NCBI GenBank assembly: GCA_044351265.1
Contig: JBILGC010000002.1
Coordinates: 19,797 to 83,796, forward strand
Source of the DNA: Bacteroidia bacterium
GTDB lineage: Bacteria; Bacteroidota; Bacteroidia; UKL13-3
Direction of reading: 5' to 3'
DNA length: 64,000 bases
The position numbers were made by a program, and so were the translations under genes. Shown here in pieces: positions 49,152 through 58,124 of the stretch (its first letter is position 1; every line of letters starts with the position of its first letter). The notes beneath the pieces are model-generated. The model was not told the DNA's origin. It made no database searches and was given only the letters and a program-made list of their open reading frames with translations.

Positions 49152-50931
49152 CGTTTGTGTTTTTGCGTGTTTACTCCTTTATTCATTGTGTGTTTGGGGT
49201 GTACAACCCCCAAAAATGAGGCGGGTGTGTAGGCTGGGGCCGAACAATTCCTTGTTTTTCTATTGCTCTACAGATACCTGCCAGCTTTTTAAGAGCTATT
49301 ATATTTGGGGCAGAAATGGGAATAGTGGGCCCTTCCTACTAATTGATTCCCTGGGCACCAAATCGGCCGATTCATACTTACACATTGGAGCCAACCCCGT
49401 TGGTAATACTACAAACTGGAGCTACTTCATCCAATATCTGGACTCTTGCACCACAACCGGTTCTTTTTCAGATACTATGGCGGTAGATGACACCCCGCCC
49501 GATACACTTTTTTTAGACTCCGTAAGCGTGGATATAGCAACAAACAGGGTTAAGGTAGGGTGGCGAAAAAGCCCAACACCGGACTTCTTTAGATACCTGC
49601 TGTTTTATGATAGTCTAGGCATTAAATGGATTGAGGCGGTTCCGGGTATACTCAGAGATACGTTTGCAACAGATAACAATACGTTCTCAGATCCCAGGTT
49701 AAGGCCTCTAAAATATGATATTACGTCCATAGATAGTTGCAACACCAGGCCACAGGTTTTTAATATTAAACCGCACATTACCATATATTTAAGTGGAAAT
49801 GTTGATACTTGTAAAAAAACCACAAGCCTGCAATGGACTCATTATGTGGGCTGGCCTAAAATTAGAAATTACTATATTTTTAGGCAAATTAATGGTGGTG
49901 GCTTTAGGTTAATAGACTCACTATCAGGCAATTTAAACAATTATCAGTTGCCCATCGCATTGGGAGATGTAAACGACTTTTTTGTACGAGCTTACAAAGA
50001 TACTAGCATTGCGGTTAGCTCCACTTCTTCTCAACTTACGCTACAAACAAGAAGCAGAAAAGAACCGGAAAACACGATTTTGATTAATATAAGTGCTGTA
50101 AACCCGGATGCTAATGAAATTAAAGCCGACATGCTTATTGTAAACAATGAAGAGGCAAAAGAAATCAATATTTGGTATAACACCTCTTTAAATCGGGCCA
50201 ATTATTCAAATATTGCAGCAATACCAAGCCTTGGCCAATCAGGAAGCATTTCAAAAGTAATTGTCTCCCCCGACAGGACAGATGGCCTACATTTCCGCCT
50301 CGAAAGCGTTAATTTGTGCAATATTATTTATGAAAACAGTGTTATAATGCCACAGATGGCTCTTAAGGTTGTTTCTGATGGCAACGAGAATATGCTTACC
50401 TGGAACAGATATTTTGGTTGGCCTGCCGGTGTTTCTCATTACAGGGTTTATAGAGGAACGGATGATGATTTTGGCAAAAGGTCCTATATTTTAATAGATT
50501 CGGTGCCTAGCACCGATAGCGCTTACAAGGATAGCAGCCCCCCTGAAAAGATGGGTAGTTTTGGGCTTTGCTACTTTGTAGAGGCGGTACAGGCGCTTCC
50601 GTCTCCTACAGATCCCGGCACTGCCAGGAGCTTTTCCGATTGTCTTATTGGAGAAATGGTTGTTTTTGTGCCAAATGCCTTTAGACCTGAGGGTGTAAAC
50701 AAAATCTTTAGGCCCGAAGGGGGGTTTATAGATTACACAAACTCATCAATGGAAATATTTGACCGCTGGGGAGGCTTACTCATTTCTAGAAAAGATATTA
50801 CAGGAGGGTGGGATGGAAAAGACGCCTCAGGAAATGCATGCATTGGCGGTGTTTACTATTATAAGTTTAATTTAATTAGTCCCGATGGCAAAAAACAAAC
50901 AAAAGCAGGGTTCGTTACCCTACTCAACTAG
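49129..50931 (+). CDS. T9SS substrate with a type-B C-terminal sorting domain (gliding-motility-associated CTD)
   Basis: 600 aa. N-terminal signal/anchor. C-terminal …VFVPNAFRPEGVNKIFRPEG…EIFDRWGGLLISRKDITGGWDGKDASGNACIGGVYYYKF…GFVTLLN matches the TIGR04131-type CTD pattern (PNAF-P-G-N…RWG…GWDG…GVYYY). Confidence 0.8.
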   Translation: MRLLRVNSVCVFACLLLYSLCVWGVQPPKMRRVCRLGPNNSLFFYCSTDTCQLFKSYYIWGRNGNSGPFLLIDSLGTKSADSYLHIGANPVGNTTNWSYFIQYLDSCTTTGSFSDTMAVDDTPPDTLFLDSVSVDIATNRVKVGWRKSPTPDFFRYLLFYDSLGIKWIEAVPGILRDTFATDNNTFSDPRLRPLKYDITSIDSCNTRPQVFNIKPHITIYLSGNVDTCKKTTSLQWTHYVGWPKIRNYYIFRQINGGGFRLIDSLSGNLNNYQLPIALGDVNDFFVRAYKDTSIAVSSTSSQLTLQTRSRKEPENTILINISAVNPDANEIKADMLIVNNEEAKEINIWYNTSLNRANYSNIAAIPSLGQSGSISKVIVSPDRTDGLHFRLESVNLCNIIYENSVIMPQMALKVVSDGNENMLTWNRYFGWPAGVSHYRVYRGTDDDFGKRSYILIDSVPSTDSAYKDSSPPEKMGSFGLCYFVEAVQALPSPTDPGTARSFSDCLIGEMVVFVPNAFRPEGVNKIFRPEGGFIDYTNSSMEIFDRWGGLLISRKDITGGWDGKDASGNACIGGVYYYKFNLISPDGKKQTKAGFVTLLN

Positions 50932-51346
50932 TCAGATCTCCTTCAACTTTATTGATGTGATTCCTTTTCTTCGTAGCAGACAAGAAATCAGAAAGTGGAT
51001 TTTCTTATGTATTAAAAAAGAGAATAAGACACCCGGAGAAATCTCATTTAATTTTTGCAGCGACAGGCACCTTCTAAAAATGAACAAGAAATACCTTAAG
51101 CACAATTTCTACACCGATATAATAACCTTTGACTTTTCTGAAAACAATCTGATTTCGGGAGATATTTATATCAGCAAAGACCGTGTTAAAGAAAACGCAG
51201 CAGAACTAAACCATACGTTTCACGTGGAACTAAGGCGCGTTATGGTACACGGAGTATTGCATCTTTGTGGCCACAAAGACAAAAGCAAGGCAGACAAGGA
51301 AAAAATGAGGAAGAAAGAAGACCAATGCTTATCTTTGCTGCATTAG
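50885..51346 (+). CDS. ybeY: rRNA maturation endoribonuclease YbeY
   Basis: His triad …HGVLHLCGHKDKS…. Homologs are about 140 aa, so the true start is probably a few codons downstream of the annotated ATG, which overlaps the previous gene by 47 nt. Confidence 0.9.
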   Translation: MAKNKQKQGSLPYSTSQISFNFIDVIPFLRSRQEIRKWIFLCIKKENKTPGEISFNFCSDRHLLKMNKKYLKHNFYTDIITFDFSENNLISGDIYISKDRVKENAAELNHTFHVELRRVMVHGVLHLCGHKDKSKADKEKMRKKEDQCLSLLH

Positions 51347-51348
51347 CA

Positions 51349-51367
51349 TTCCACGTTTCACGTGGAA
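51349..51367 (+). promoter_or_regulatory. Hairpin immediately after the ybeY stop codon: ttccacg-tttca-cgtggaa
   Basis: A perfect 7-bp stem with a 5-nt loop starts 3 nt after the TAG at 51344-51346, followed by A/T-rich sequence. It is a terminator or attenuator candidate between ybeY and mnmG. It contains the second copy of the 16-mer acgtttcacgtggaac. Confidence 0.45.
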
Positions 51368-51396
51368 CGAAAAATATTTAATTTACTGATTTTCAA

Positions 51397-53259
51397 ATGT
51401 TTAATGTATATGATGTCATTGTAATTGGTGCCGGACATGCGGGTTGTGAAGCCGCAGCAGCAGCGGCCAATCTTGGATCTAAGGTGCTCTTGATTACAAT
51501 GGATATGAACAAAATAGCTCAGATGAGTTGTAACCCGGCCATGGGGGGAATAGCTAAAGGTCAGATTATTAGAGAAATAGATGCGCTTGGGGGCTATTCG
51601 GGTATTGTTTCGGATAAATCAACTATACAGTTTCGCATGCTGAACCGCTCTAAGGGTCCTGCCATGTGGAGCCCCAGAAGCCAAAACGACAGGATGCTTT
51701 TTAGCCAATATTGGAGAGAGATTCTCGAAGCTACGCCCAATGTAGACTTTTGGCAGGATATGGTTAAAGAATTGGTGCTTGATAATGGAAAAGTTTGTGG
51801 TGTAATTACAGGAATGGGTCAAAGAATAAGCTGCAAAGCCGTGGTTCTTACAAGCGGTACATTTCTCAATGGCATCATTCATATAGGAACCAAACAATTT
51901 GGCGGGGGCAGAATAGGGGAGAAGGCCTCAACAGGAATTACCGAGCAGCTTATTTCTTTAGGTTTTGAGAGCGGAAGAATGAAAACGGGCACACCACCAA
52001 GGGTAGACGGAAGATCGTTGAATTACGATAAAATGGAGCGGCAAGATGGCGATGAGAACCCAAATAAGTTTTCTTACAGCAATTTAACGTCTCCTGTTTC
52101 CAACCAGCGCTGCTGCTGGATTACCTATACCAATGAAGCTGTTCATGAGGTGTTGCGAACAGGTTTTGACGAGTCGCCAATGTATGCCGGCAGAATTCAA
52201 GGATTAGGTCCACGATATTGCCCATCAATAGAAGATAAGATAAACCGATTTGCTGAAAGAAATCGTCACCAGATTTTTGTTGAACCCGAGGGTTGGAATA
52301 CGATTGAAATATATGTGAATGGTTTTTCAACCTCCTTGCCCGATCATGTTCAGATGAAAGCGCTGAGACTTATACCCGGTTTTGAAGATGCAAAAATATT
52401 TAGACCGGGCTATGCGATTGAGTATGATTATTTTCCGCCAACCCAATTAAGGCTTACTCTTGAAACCCACTTAATTGAAAACCTGTTTTTTGCCGGACAA
52501 ATAAATGGTACAACTGGCTATGAAGAGGCTGCTTGCCAAGGGTTGGTTGCCGGAATAAATGCGCATTGTAAATTGGCCGGTAAGAACGAATTCGTTCTTA
52601 AACGCTCTGAAGCATACATTGGTGTGTTGATTGACGATCTGGTAAATAAAGGTACCGATGAACCCTACCGTATGTTTACCTCTAGGGCTGAATACAGAAT
52701 AATGCTAAGGCAAGACAATGCCGATATCAGATTAACCGAAAAAGGTTATAAGCTTGGTTTGGCTAGCGATTTACGCATGCAGGCTGTTGAAGAAAAAGAA
52801 AAACAAACCGCTGAAATTATTTCTTACTTTAAAAAAACATCTGTTGTGCCTGCTGATATAAACCCTCTGCTTGAAGAGTTGCAGACCGCACCCATACCTC
52901 AAAACTATAAGCTTGATGCAATTTTAAGCCGACCACAAGTTGATATGGCAAGCCTGCAAAAACTACCCCAGGTTAGTTCTCTTCTTCACGCCTATGCTGA
53001 TGTGGCGGTTTTGCAGGCGGAGGTGTTAATGAAGTATGAAGGCTATCTCGAAAAGGAAAAACAAATGGTTGATAAAATGAATAGGTTAGAAGAAATAAGA
53101 ATCAATGATAATTTTAACTATAATCTGGTTAAGTCTATTTCCCTTGAGGCACGAGAAAAGTTGATTAAGCAAAAGCCGGCAACCCTTGGACAGGCAGCCA
53201 GAATAAGCGGCATATCGCCAGCTGATATTTCTGTTTTATTGGTTCATTTAGGGCGTTAG
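51397..53259 (+). CDS. mnmG: tRNA uridine 5-carboxymethylaminomethyl modification enzyme MnmG (GidA)
   Basis: 620 aa. FAD motif …YDVIVIGAGHAGCEAA…. The conserved GidA central and C-terminal regions are present. Confidence 0.96.
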   Translation: MFNVYDVIVIGAGHAGCEAAAAAANLGSKVLLITMDMNKIAQMSCNPAMGGIAKGQIIREIDALGGYSGIVSDKSTIQFRMLNRSKGPAMWSPRSQNDRMLFSQYWREILEATPNVDFWQDMVKELVLDNGKVCGVITGMGQRISCKAVVLTSGTFLNGIIHIGTKQFGGGRIGEKASTGITEQLISLGFESGRMKTGTPPRVDGRSLNYDKMERQDGDENPNKFSYSNLTSPVSNQRCCWITYTNEAVHEVLRTGFDESPMYAGRIQGLGPRYCPSIEDKINRFAERNRHQIFVEPEGWNTIEIYVNGFSTSLPDHVQMKALRLIPGFEDAKIFRPGYAIEYDYFPPTQLRLTLETHLIENLFFAGQINGTTGYEEAACQGLVAGINAHCKLAGKNEFVLKRSEAYIGVLIDDLVNKGTDEPYRMFTSRAEYRIMLRQDNADIRLTEKGYKLGLASDLRMQAVEEKEKQTAEIISYFKKTSVVPADINPLLEELQTAPIPQNYKLDAILSRPQVDMASLQKLPQVSSLLHAYADVAVLQAEVLMKYEGYLEKEKQMVDKMNRLEEIRINDNFNYNLVKSISLEAREKLIKQKPATLGQAARISGISPADISVLLVHLGR

Positions 53260-53295
53260 GCGCATTACTGCCGATTATTTTATTTATTTGCTGCA

Positions 53296-54189
53296 ATGGA
53301 ACATCTTTCCTTTTGTCTTGTATGTGGCGGAAACCATATTTCGAAAGAGCTTTCTTGCAAGGATTTTGTGGCAAGTACAGATACCTTTGATTTGTGCAGG
53401 TGTGCCGATTGTAGCTTTCTGTTTACCAACCCCAGGCCTTCTGTACAGGAAATTAGCCCCTATTACCAAAGCGACAGGTATGTTTCTCATGCCGGCAGTA
53501 AAGATGGTTTTAGTTTTATGTACAGAGTATATGATGTGGTTAGAGACTATAGCATTGGTCGCAAACTAAAACTAATCAAATCGTATCATCCTTCTGGCGA
53601 TATCATGGATTTGGGTTGTGGTTTGGGGTATTTCCTAAACGCGTTGCATAAAGACGGCTCATTTAGGCCTATAGGTGTAGATGTTAGCGAAGACGCTGTA
53701 AACTATGTAAAGCAAAATTTTGGGTTAACGGTAAGTAGTGAAAACGAATTAGATTCCTTTACATCTTATTCCTTTGATGCGATAACGCAGTGGCACGTGT
53801 TGGAGCATGTGCATGCGCTTAATGAACGCATGCAACAGTTAAGGCGTTTGCTAAAAAAAGACGGCACACTTTTTATAGCAGTGCCCAATAGCAATAGCTG
53901 GGATGCAAAACATTATGGTGCATTTTGGGATGGTTATGATGTGCCAAGACATCTATATCATTTTAACAAACAAAGCTTTTCATTGCTTATGCAGAAGCAT
54001 GGTTTTAGGATTGTGGAAACACGGGCAATGATTTTTGATGCGCCATATATTAGTATGCGAAGTGAGGTTCACAGGGGTAATTCTGCAGCGTTTTTGCGTG
54101 GCGCAGCAAGTGGTATTTTGTCAACGGTGAACGCTTGGGTAAACGGCAATTACTCTAGCTTATTGTTTGTGGTAAAAAATGTTTTATAA
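53296..54189 (+). CDS. SAM-dependent methyltransferase with an N-terminal Cys4 zinc-ribbon
   Basis: 297 aa. CLVCGG…CRCADC ribbon, …IMDLGCGLGYF… (motif I), and …DAITQWHVLEHV… Same architecture as the 17524-18564 gene. Confidence 0.7.
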   Translation: MEHLSFCLVCGGNHISKELSCKDFVASTDTFDLCRCADCSFLFTNPRPSVQEISPYYQSDRYVSHAGSKDGFSFMYRVYDVVRDYSIGRKLKLIKSYHPSGDIMDLGCGLGYFLNALHKDGSFRPIGVDVSEDAVNYVKQNFGLTVSSENELDSFTSYSFDAITQWHVLEHVHALNERMQQLRRLLKKDGTLFIAVPNSNSWDAKHYGAFWDGYDVPRHLYHFNKQSFSLLMQKHGFRIVETRAMIFDAPYISMRSEVHRGNSAAFLRGAASGILSTVNAWVNGNYSSLLFVVKNVL

Positions 54190-55722
54190 ACTCTTGGTTA
54201 AGCGTTTAAAAATACCGGTTGTTTTATTGTTTGTAGGCGTGTTTCTTGTTTGCGGATGCGCCCAAATTGTGGCACCAACAGGTGGCCAAAAAGATACGCG
54301 GCCTCCAAGTGTTATAAAAGAGGTGCCAGAAAATGCAAGAGCTGGTTTTAATGCAAACAAAATTGTGATTGGCTTTGATGAGTACATCCAGCTGCTTAGC
54401 CCTGAAGAGCAAATCGTTATTTCTCCTCCTCTTGAAGAAAAGCCCGAATATGAAATAAGCGGCAAAAGCCTCATTATACGATTTAGGTCGGCACCAAGAG
54501 CAAACACTACTTATACCATTAATTTTGGGAACGCTATTGCCGATAACCATGAGGGAAATGTTTTGGGCGATTATAGATATGTTTTTTCAACAGGCAACAG
54601 CATAGAGTTTGTTTATACCCAAACGAAAGTTTTACTGATTCTTCTATCTACCTGAACAAGCCGGCCTATTTTGCTAAAAGTAAAGATGGGGGTGTTTTTA
54701 GGTTATATAATCTACCCGATAAAACATTTAGGCTCGTTGCATTTGCTGATGATAATAAAAACCTGAAGTATGATAAAAATGAGGCTATAGCCTTCGTAAA
54801 TAATCCTGTTTTTACCAATGATACCTCCAACAATTATGAATTAAAAATGTATCAACCTGACATGTATGATGCGGGAAAAATAATTGATACATTCAGCCGA
54901 GAAGAAAACAGGTTTACTTTTCTTATATATAAACCCAAAGAAATTATACCAATACCAACAAGCAAATCGGATTTCTTCTTACGTAAAACCACTGGTAAAT
55001 CAGATATTGATACAATTTACTTATATACAAAGCCTGGCGAAAAGGATAGTTTATGTTTTAATTATAATACCGACATCGTTTGTATAAAAACAAAAAAATC
55101 TGCTAAGAAACCTTTATTTTATTCAGATACACAAAAGAATGTTGAGTTGAATGATACGCTAATTATTTCATTGTCTAATCCTTTGGCTGTTATAGATACA
55201 AGTAGGATGATATTAATAGAAGATACTATACAGCGTATTTATAAGTATAAAGTGGACACAAATAATTTTATTATAAAGATCTTGTACAGCTGGAAAGAAA
55301 ACATGAAGTATGCTTTACTGTTAAAAGACTCTTGTTTTAAAGATGTTTACGGCCAATACAGTAAAAAACAAAGTATAAACTGGGTTTCTAAAAACATGAA
55401 AAGTTATAGCACGCTAATGGCTAATTTTATATATACAGGAACCAATCATAATCTACTTATTCAATTAATAAGTGCCGATGAGAAAAAGATATTTAAATCA
55501 TTTTATTTAAATAATCAGTTGAGTTACTTTTTTGATTATCTGCTGCCCGGTTCTTATAAGATTAAAATAATTGATGATAGAAACAGAAATGGTAAATGGG
55601 ATAATGGTAATTATACAATCCAAAAACAACCGGAGGCCGTTTTCTATTACCCTGAAATATTTAACTTAAGGGCTTTTTGGGATTTAGAGCAGCGTTTTGA
55701 TTTAAATAGTGTTATTAAATAA
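54179..55722 (+). pseudogene. Ig-like-domain lipoprotein gene interrupted by a single frameshift; two ORFs at 54179-54655 and about 54577-55722 in the -1 frame
   Basis: ORF1 (158 aa) has a lipoprotein signal (…VFLVCGCAQ) and a natural-looking domain up to …EFVYTQTK, then terminates. The -1 frame is open from 54577 and reads …ESFTDSSIYLNKPAYFAKSKDGGVFRLYNLPDKTFRLVAFADDNKN… continuously into the 54847-55722 ORF, which ends with the family-typical …NGKWDNGNYTIQKQPEAVFYYPE…. The switch point is about 54620-54635 (cccaaacgaaag). Confidence 0.65.
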
Positions 55723-56081
55723 TGTGTATAAGATGTAATTTTATACTTGTATTGTTAATTACAAATGTGTGTATAAAAATATTGTCTAATAAACCCAAGG
55801 TTACCCACTTAATAAAAGACAAGTATCTACATTTATAATAGGTTTATTTTATCCATATTTACCAGTGAGTTCTATTATTAACATTGTTTATAAAACAGCA
55901 TAAATGCTTGATTTTTAAATAACATCTATGTTAGTAAACTGTTAATGCAAGTAGGATATCATAAAATACAAAGATTTACAAAATATGATTTCAACCAATT
56001 CACAGCACCTATTACAAATACAATCTTTTATAGTTTTATTGTCTTAATGTGTGTGTTTTTAGGTATAATTTTAAATTGTAT

Positions 56082-56089
56082 TAGTTTTG
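56082..56089 (+). promoter_or_regulatory. Candidate Bacteroidota -7 promoter element (TAgtTTTG) for pheS
   Basis: tagttttg matches TAnnTTTG and lies 38 nt upstream of the pheS ATG, inside a roughly 400-bp AT-rich non-coding region. No good TTTG -33 element at the canonical spacing. Confidence 0.3.
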
Positions 56090-56126
56090 TTGATTGAAAT
56101 AATAGCAAAATCACTCCGTCTTAATA

Positions 56127-57140
56127 ATGATTGAAAAGTTAAAGCAGGTAATTCGGGAAATAAAAGATCTAAGCATTAACAGTGCCGAGGAGCTAGAATC
56201 CTACAGGATTAAATATTTGGCGCGAAAAGGAATAATTAACGACTTGTTTGACGCTTTTAAAGCTATTACTAATGAACAGAAAAAGGAGACAGGAAAAGTG
56301 ATGAATGAGTTAAAACAAACGGCAGAGTTTAAATTTAATGAGTTACAGGCAGTATTTGGTAATAAACAAAAAGAAGAGCAAGTTGAAACAGATATAAGTT
56401 TACCTGGCGAACCTATTAATCTTGGAGCACGCCACCCAATTTATATATTTCAAAACAAAGTGTTGGATGTTTTTAGGAAATTAGGCTTTACTATTGCTGA
56501 AGGGCCTGAGATTGAGGATGACTGGCATAATTTCTCAGGATTAAATTTTCCGCTAAACCATCCTGCCAGAGATATGCAGGATACTTTCTTTGTTAATGAG
56601 GATTTTTCTTTGCGCACACATTGTACTAGTGTGCAGGTAAGAATAATGGAAAAACAAAAACCACCAATAAGAGTGGTAATGCCTGGCAGGGTATATAGAA
56701 ATGAAGCAATATCTGCCAGATCGCATTGTTTTTTTCACCAGATAGATGGTGTTTATATTGATAAAAATGTTTCATTCGCTGATTTAAAGCAAACCTTATA
56801 CTTTTTTGTGAAAGAGTTATTTGGCGAAGATTATGGAATACGTTTCAGACCAAGTTATTTTCCGTTTACTGAACCATCTGCCGAAATGGATATTGCGTGT
56901 ATTATATGTAAAGGTTCCGGATGTAATATTTGTAAACACACCGGCTGGCTTGAAATTTTAGGTTGTGGTATGATAGATCCAAATGTTTTACAAGCAAACG
57001 GAATTAATCCGGATGAATATTCTGGTTTTGCTTTTGGAATGGGTGTGGAGCGAACCACTATGATGTTATATGGAATAAAAGATATTAGGGTGCTTAGCCA
57101 AAATGATATACGTTTTCTTAGCCAATTTTCATCGCAATAA
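56127..57140 (+). CDS. pheS: Phenylalanine--tRNA ligase alpha subunit
   Basis: 337 aa. Class II aaRS motifs (…FRPSYFPFTEPSAEMD…; …GWLEILGCGM…; …GFAFGMGVERTTMM…). Includes the CxxC…CxxC zinc-ribbon insert (CIICKGSGCNICKH) seen in many bacterial PheS proteins. Confidence 0.96.
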   Translation: MIEKLKQVIREIKDLSINSAEELESYRIKYLARKGIINDLFDAFKAITNEQKKETGKVMNELKQTAEFKFNELQAVFGNKQKEEQVETDISLPGEPINLGARHPIYIFQNKVLDVFRKLGFTIAEGPEIEDDWHNFSGLNFPLNHPARDMQDTFFVNEDFSLRTHCTSVQVRIMEKQKPPIRVVMPGRVYRNEAISARSHCFFHQIDGVYIDKNVSFADLKQTLYFFVKELFGEDYGIRFRPSYFPFTEPSAEMDIACIICKGSGCNICKHTGWLEILGCGMIDPNVLQANGINPDEYSGFAFGMGVERTTMMLYGIKDIRVLSQNDIRFLSQFSSQ

Positions 57141-57152
57141 GACAAAGTAAAG

Positions 57153-57353
57153 CTAAATACTATCTGTACTGTTTATCTGCGCCTGAATAGCTTTTTCTAA
57201 TGAATCCATAGTAACTTCATCCTTATTTAGTTGTTGTTCTACAGCCGCTTTTTCTGTTTGGTTTAATTCAGGATTATTGGCGGTTTTAGATTGTCCGCAA
57301 GACATAGTTAGTACAAATAAACATGTAAAACCCAATAAATATATTTTATACAT
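57153..57353 (-). CDS. Small lipoprotein, hypothetical
   Basis: 66 aa. Lipoprotein signal (…FVLTMSCGQS) followed by a short polar helix. Confidence 0.4.
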   Translation of the reverse strand: MYKIYLLGFTCLFVLTMSCGQSKTANNPELNQTEKAAVEQQLNKDEVTMDSLEKAIQAQINSTDSI

Positions 57354-57368
57354 TTTTAGTTAATTTAA

Positions 57369-58124
57369 TTATCTTAAAACAAAATTCTGACCCAAGTAAA
57401 CCTTTCTCACTATTTCATCTTCTGCCAACTCTCTTGCGGTACCCGCCTTAAGCAGTTTTCCTTCAAAAAGCAAATAAGCTCTATCTACAATTGATAGTGT
57501 TTCGTGCACATTATGATCGGTTATTAATATGCCTATATTTCTATGTTTGAGTTTGGCTACAATATGTTGTATATCTTCAACCGCTATAGGATCAACCCCC
57601 GCAAATGGCTCATCCAATAAAATAAATTTAGGATTAACCGCCAGCGCCCGAGCAATTTCGCAACGCCTTCTTTCACCACCACTCAGCACATTACCTAAAT
57701 TTTTTCTTACCCTGTTTAAACCAAATTCTTCCAGTAATTCCTCCATTTTTTGGTTTTGTTCCTGTTTGGTAAGCTTGGTCATTTCAAGCACCGCTTTCAG
57801 GTTGTCCTCTACACTCAATGTTCTAAAAACAGATGCTTCCTGAGGCAAATAACCAATTCCTTTCTGCGCGCGTTTATACATCGCAAGATGTGTAATATCC
57901 TCATCGCCCAACCAAACACTTCCTTCATCCGGTTTAACAATACCAACAGTCATGTAAAAAGAAGTAGTTTTACCTGCGCCATTAGGGCCAAGCAAACCCA
58001 CACACTCACCCTGATTAACATCAAATGAAACATGGTTAACCACTGTGCGTTTTTTATATCGTTTAACCAGACTTTCTGTTTTTAATAACATTTGTTGTGC
58101 GCTATTAATATGCCCTAGCGGCAA
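57369..58124 (-). CDS. lptB: LPS export ABC transporter ATP-binding protein
   Basis: Walker A …[12 protein letters not shown]…, signature …LSGGERRR…, Walker B …ILLDEP…. The N-terminus …[23 protein letters not shown]… fits LptB. The true start is probably the internal MLLKTESL (about 58091), which removes the 20-nt overlap with purF. Confidence 0.88.
   Translation of the reverse strand: MPLGHINSAQQMLLKTESLVKRYKKRTVVNHVSFDVNQGECVGLLGPNGAGKTTSFYMTVGIVKPDEGSVWLGDEDITHLAMYKRAQKGIGYLPQEASVFRTLSVEDNLKAVLEMTKLTKQEQNQKMEELLEEFGLNRVRKNLGNVLSGGERRRCEIARALAVNPKFILLDEPFAGVDPIAVEDIQHIVAKLKHRNIGILITDHNVHETLSIVDRAYLLFEGKLLKAGTARELAEDEIVRKVYLGQNFVLR

Noticed and set aside
54615-54640. Programmed -1 ribosomal frameshift in the Ig-like lipoprotein gene
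   Set aside because: There is no canonical X_XXY_YYZ slippery heptamer in the zero frame and no obvious downstream pseudoknot. A point indel or homopolymer error is the simpler explanation.
58105-58124. 20-nt same-strand overlap between purF and lptB
   Set aside because: The LptB alignment supports the internal Met (MLLKTESL…, about 58091) as the start, which removes the overlap.
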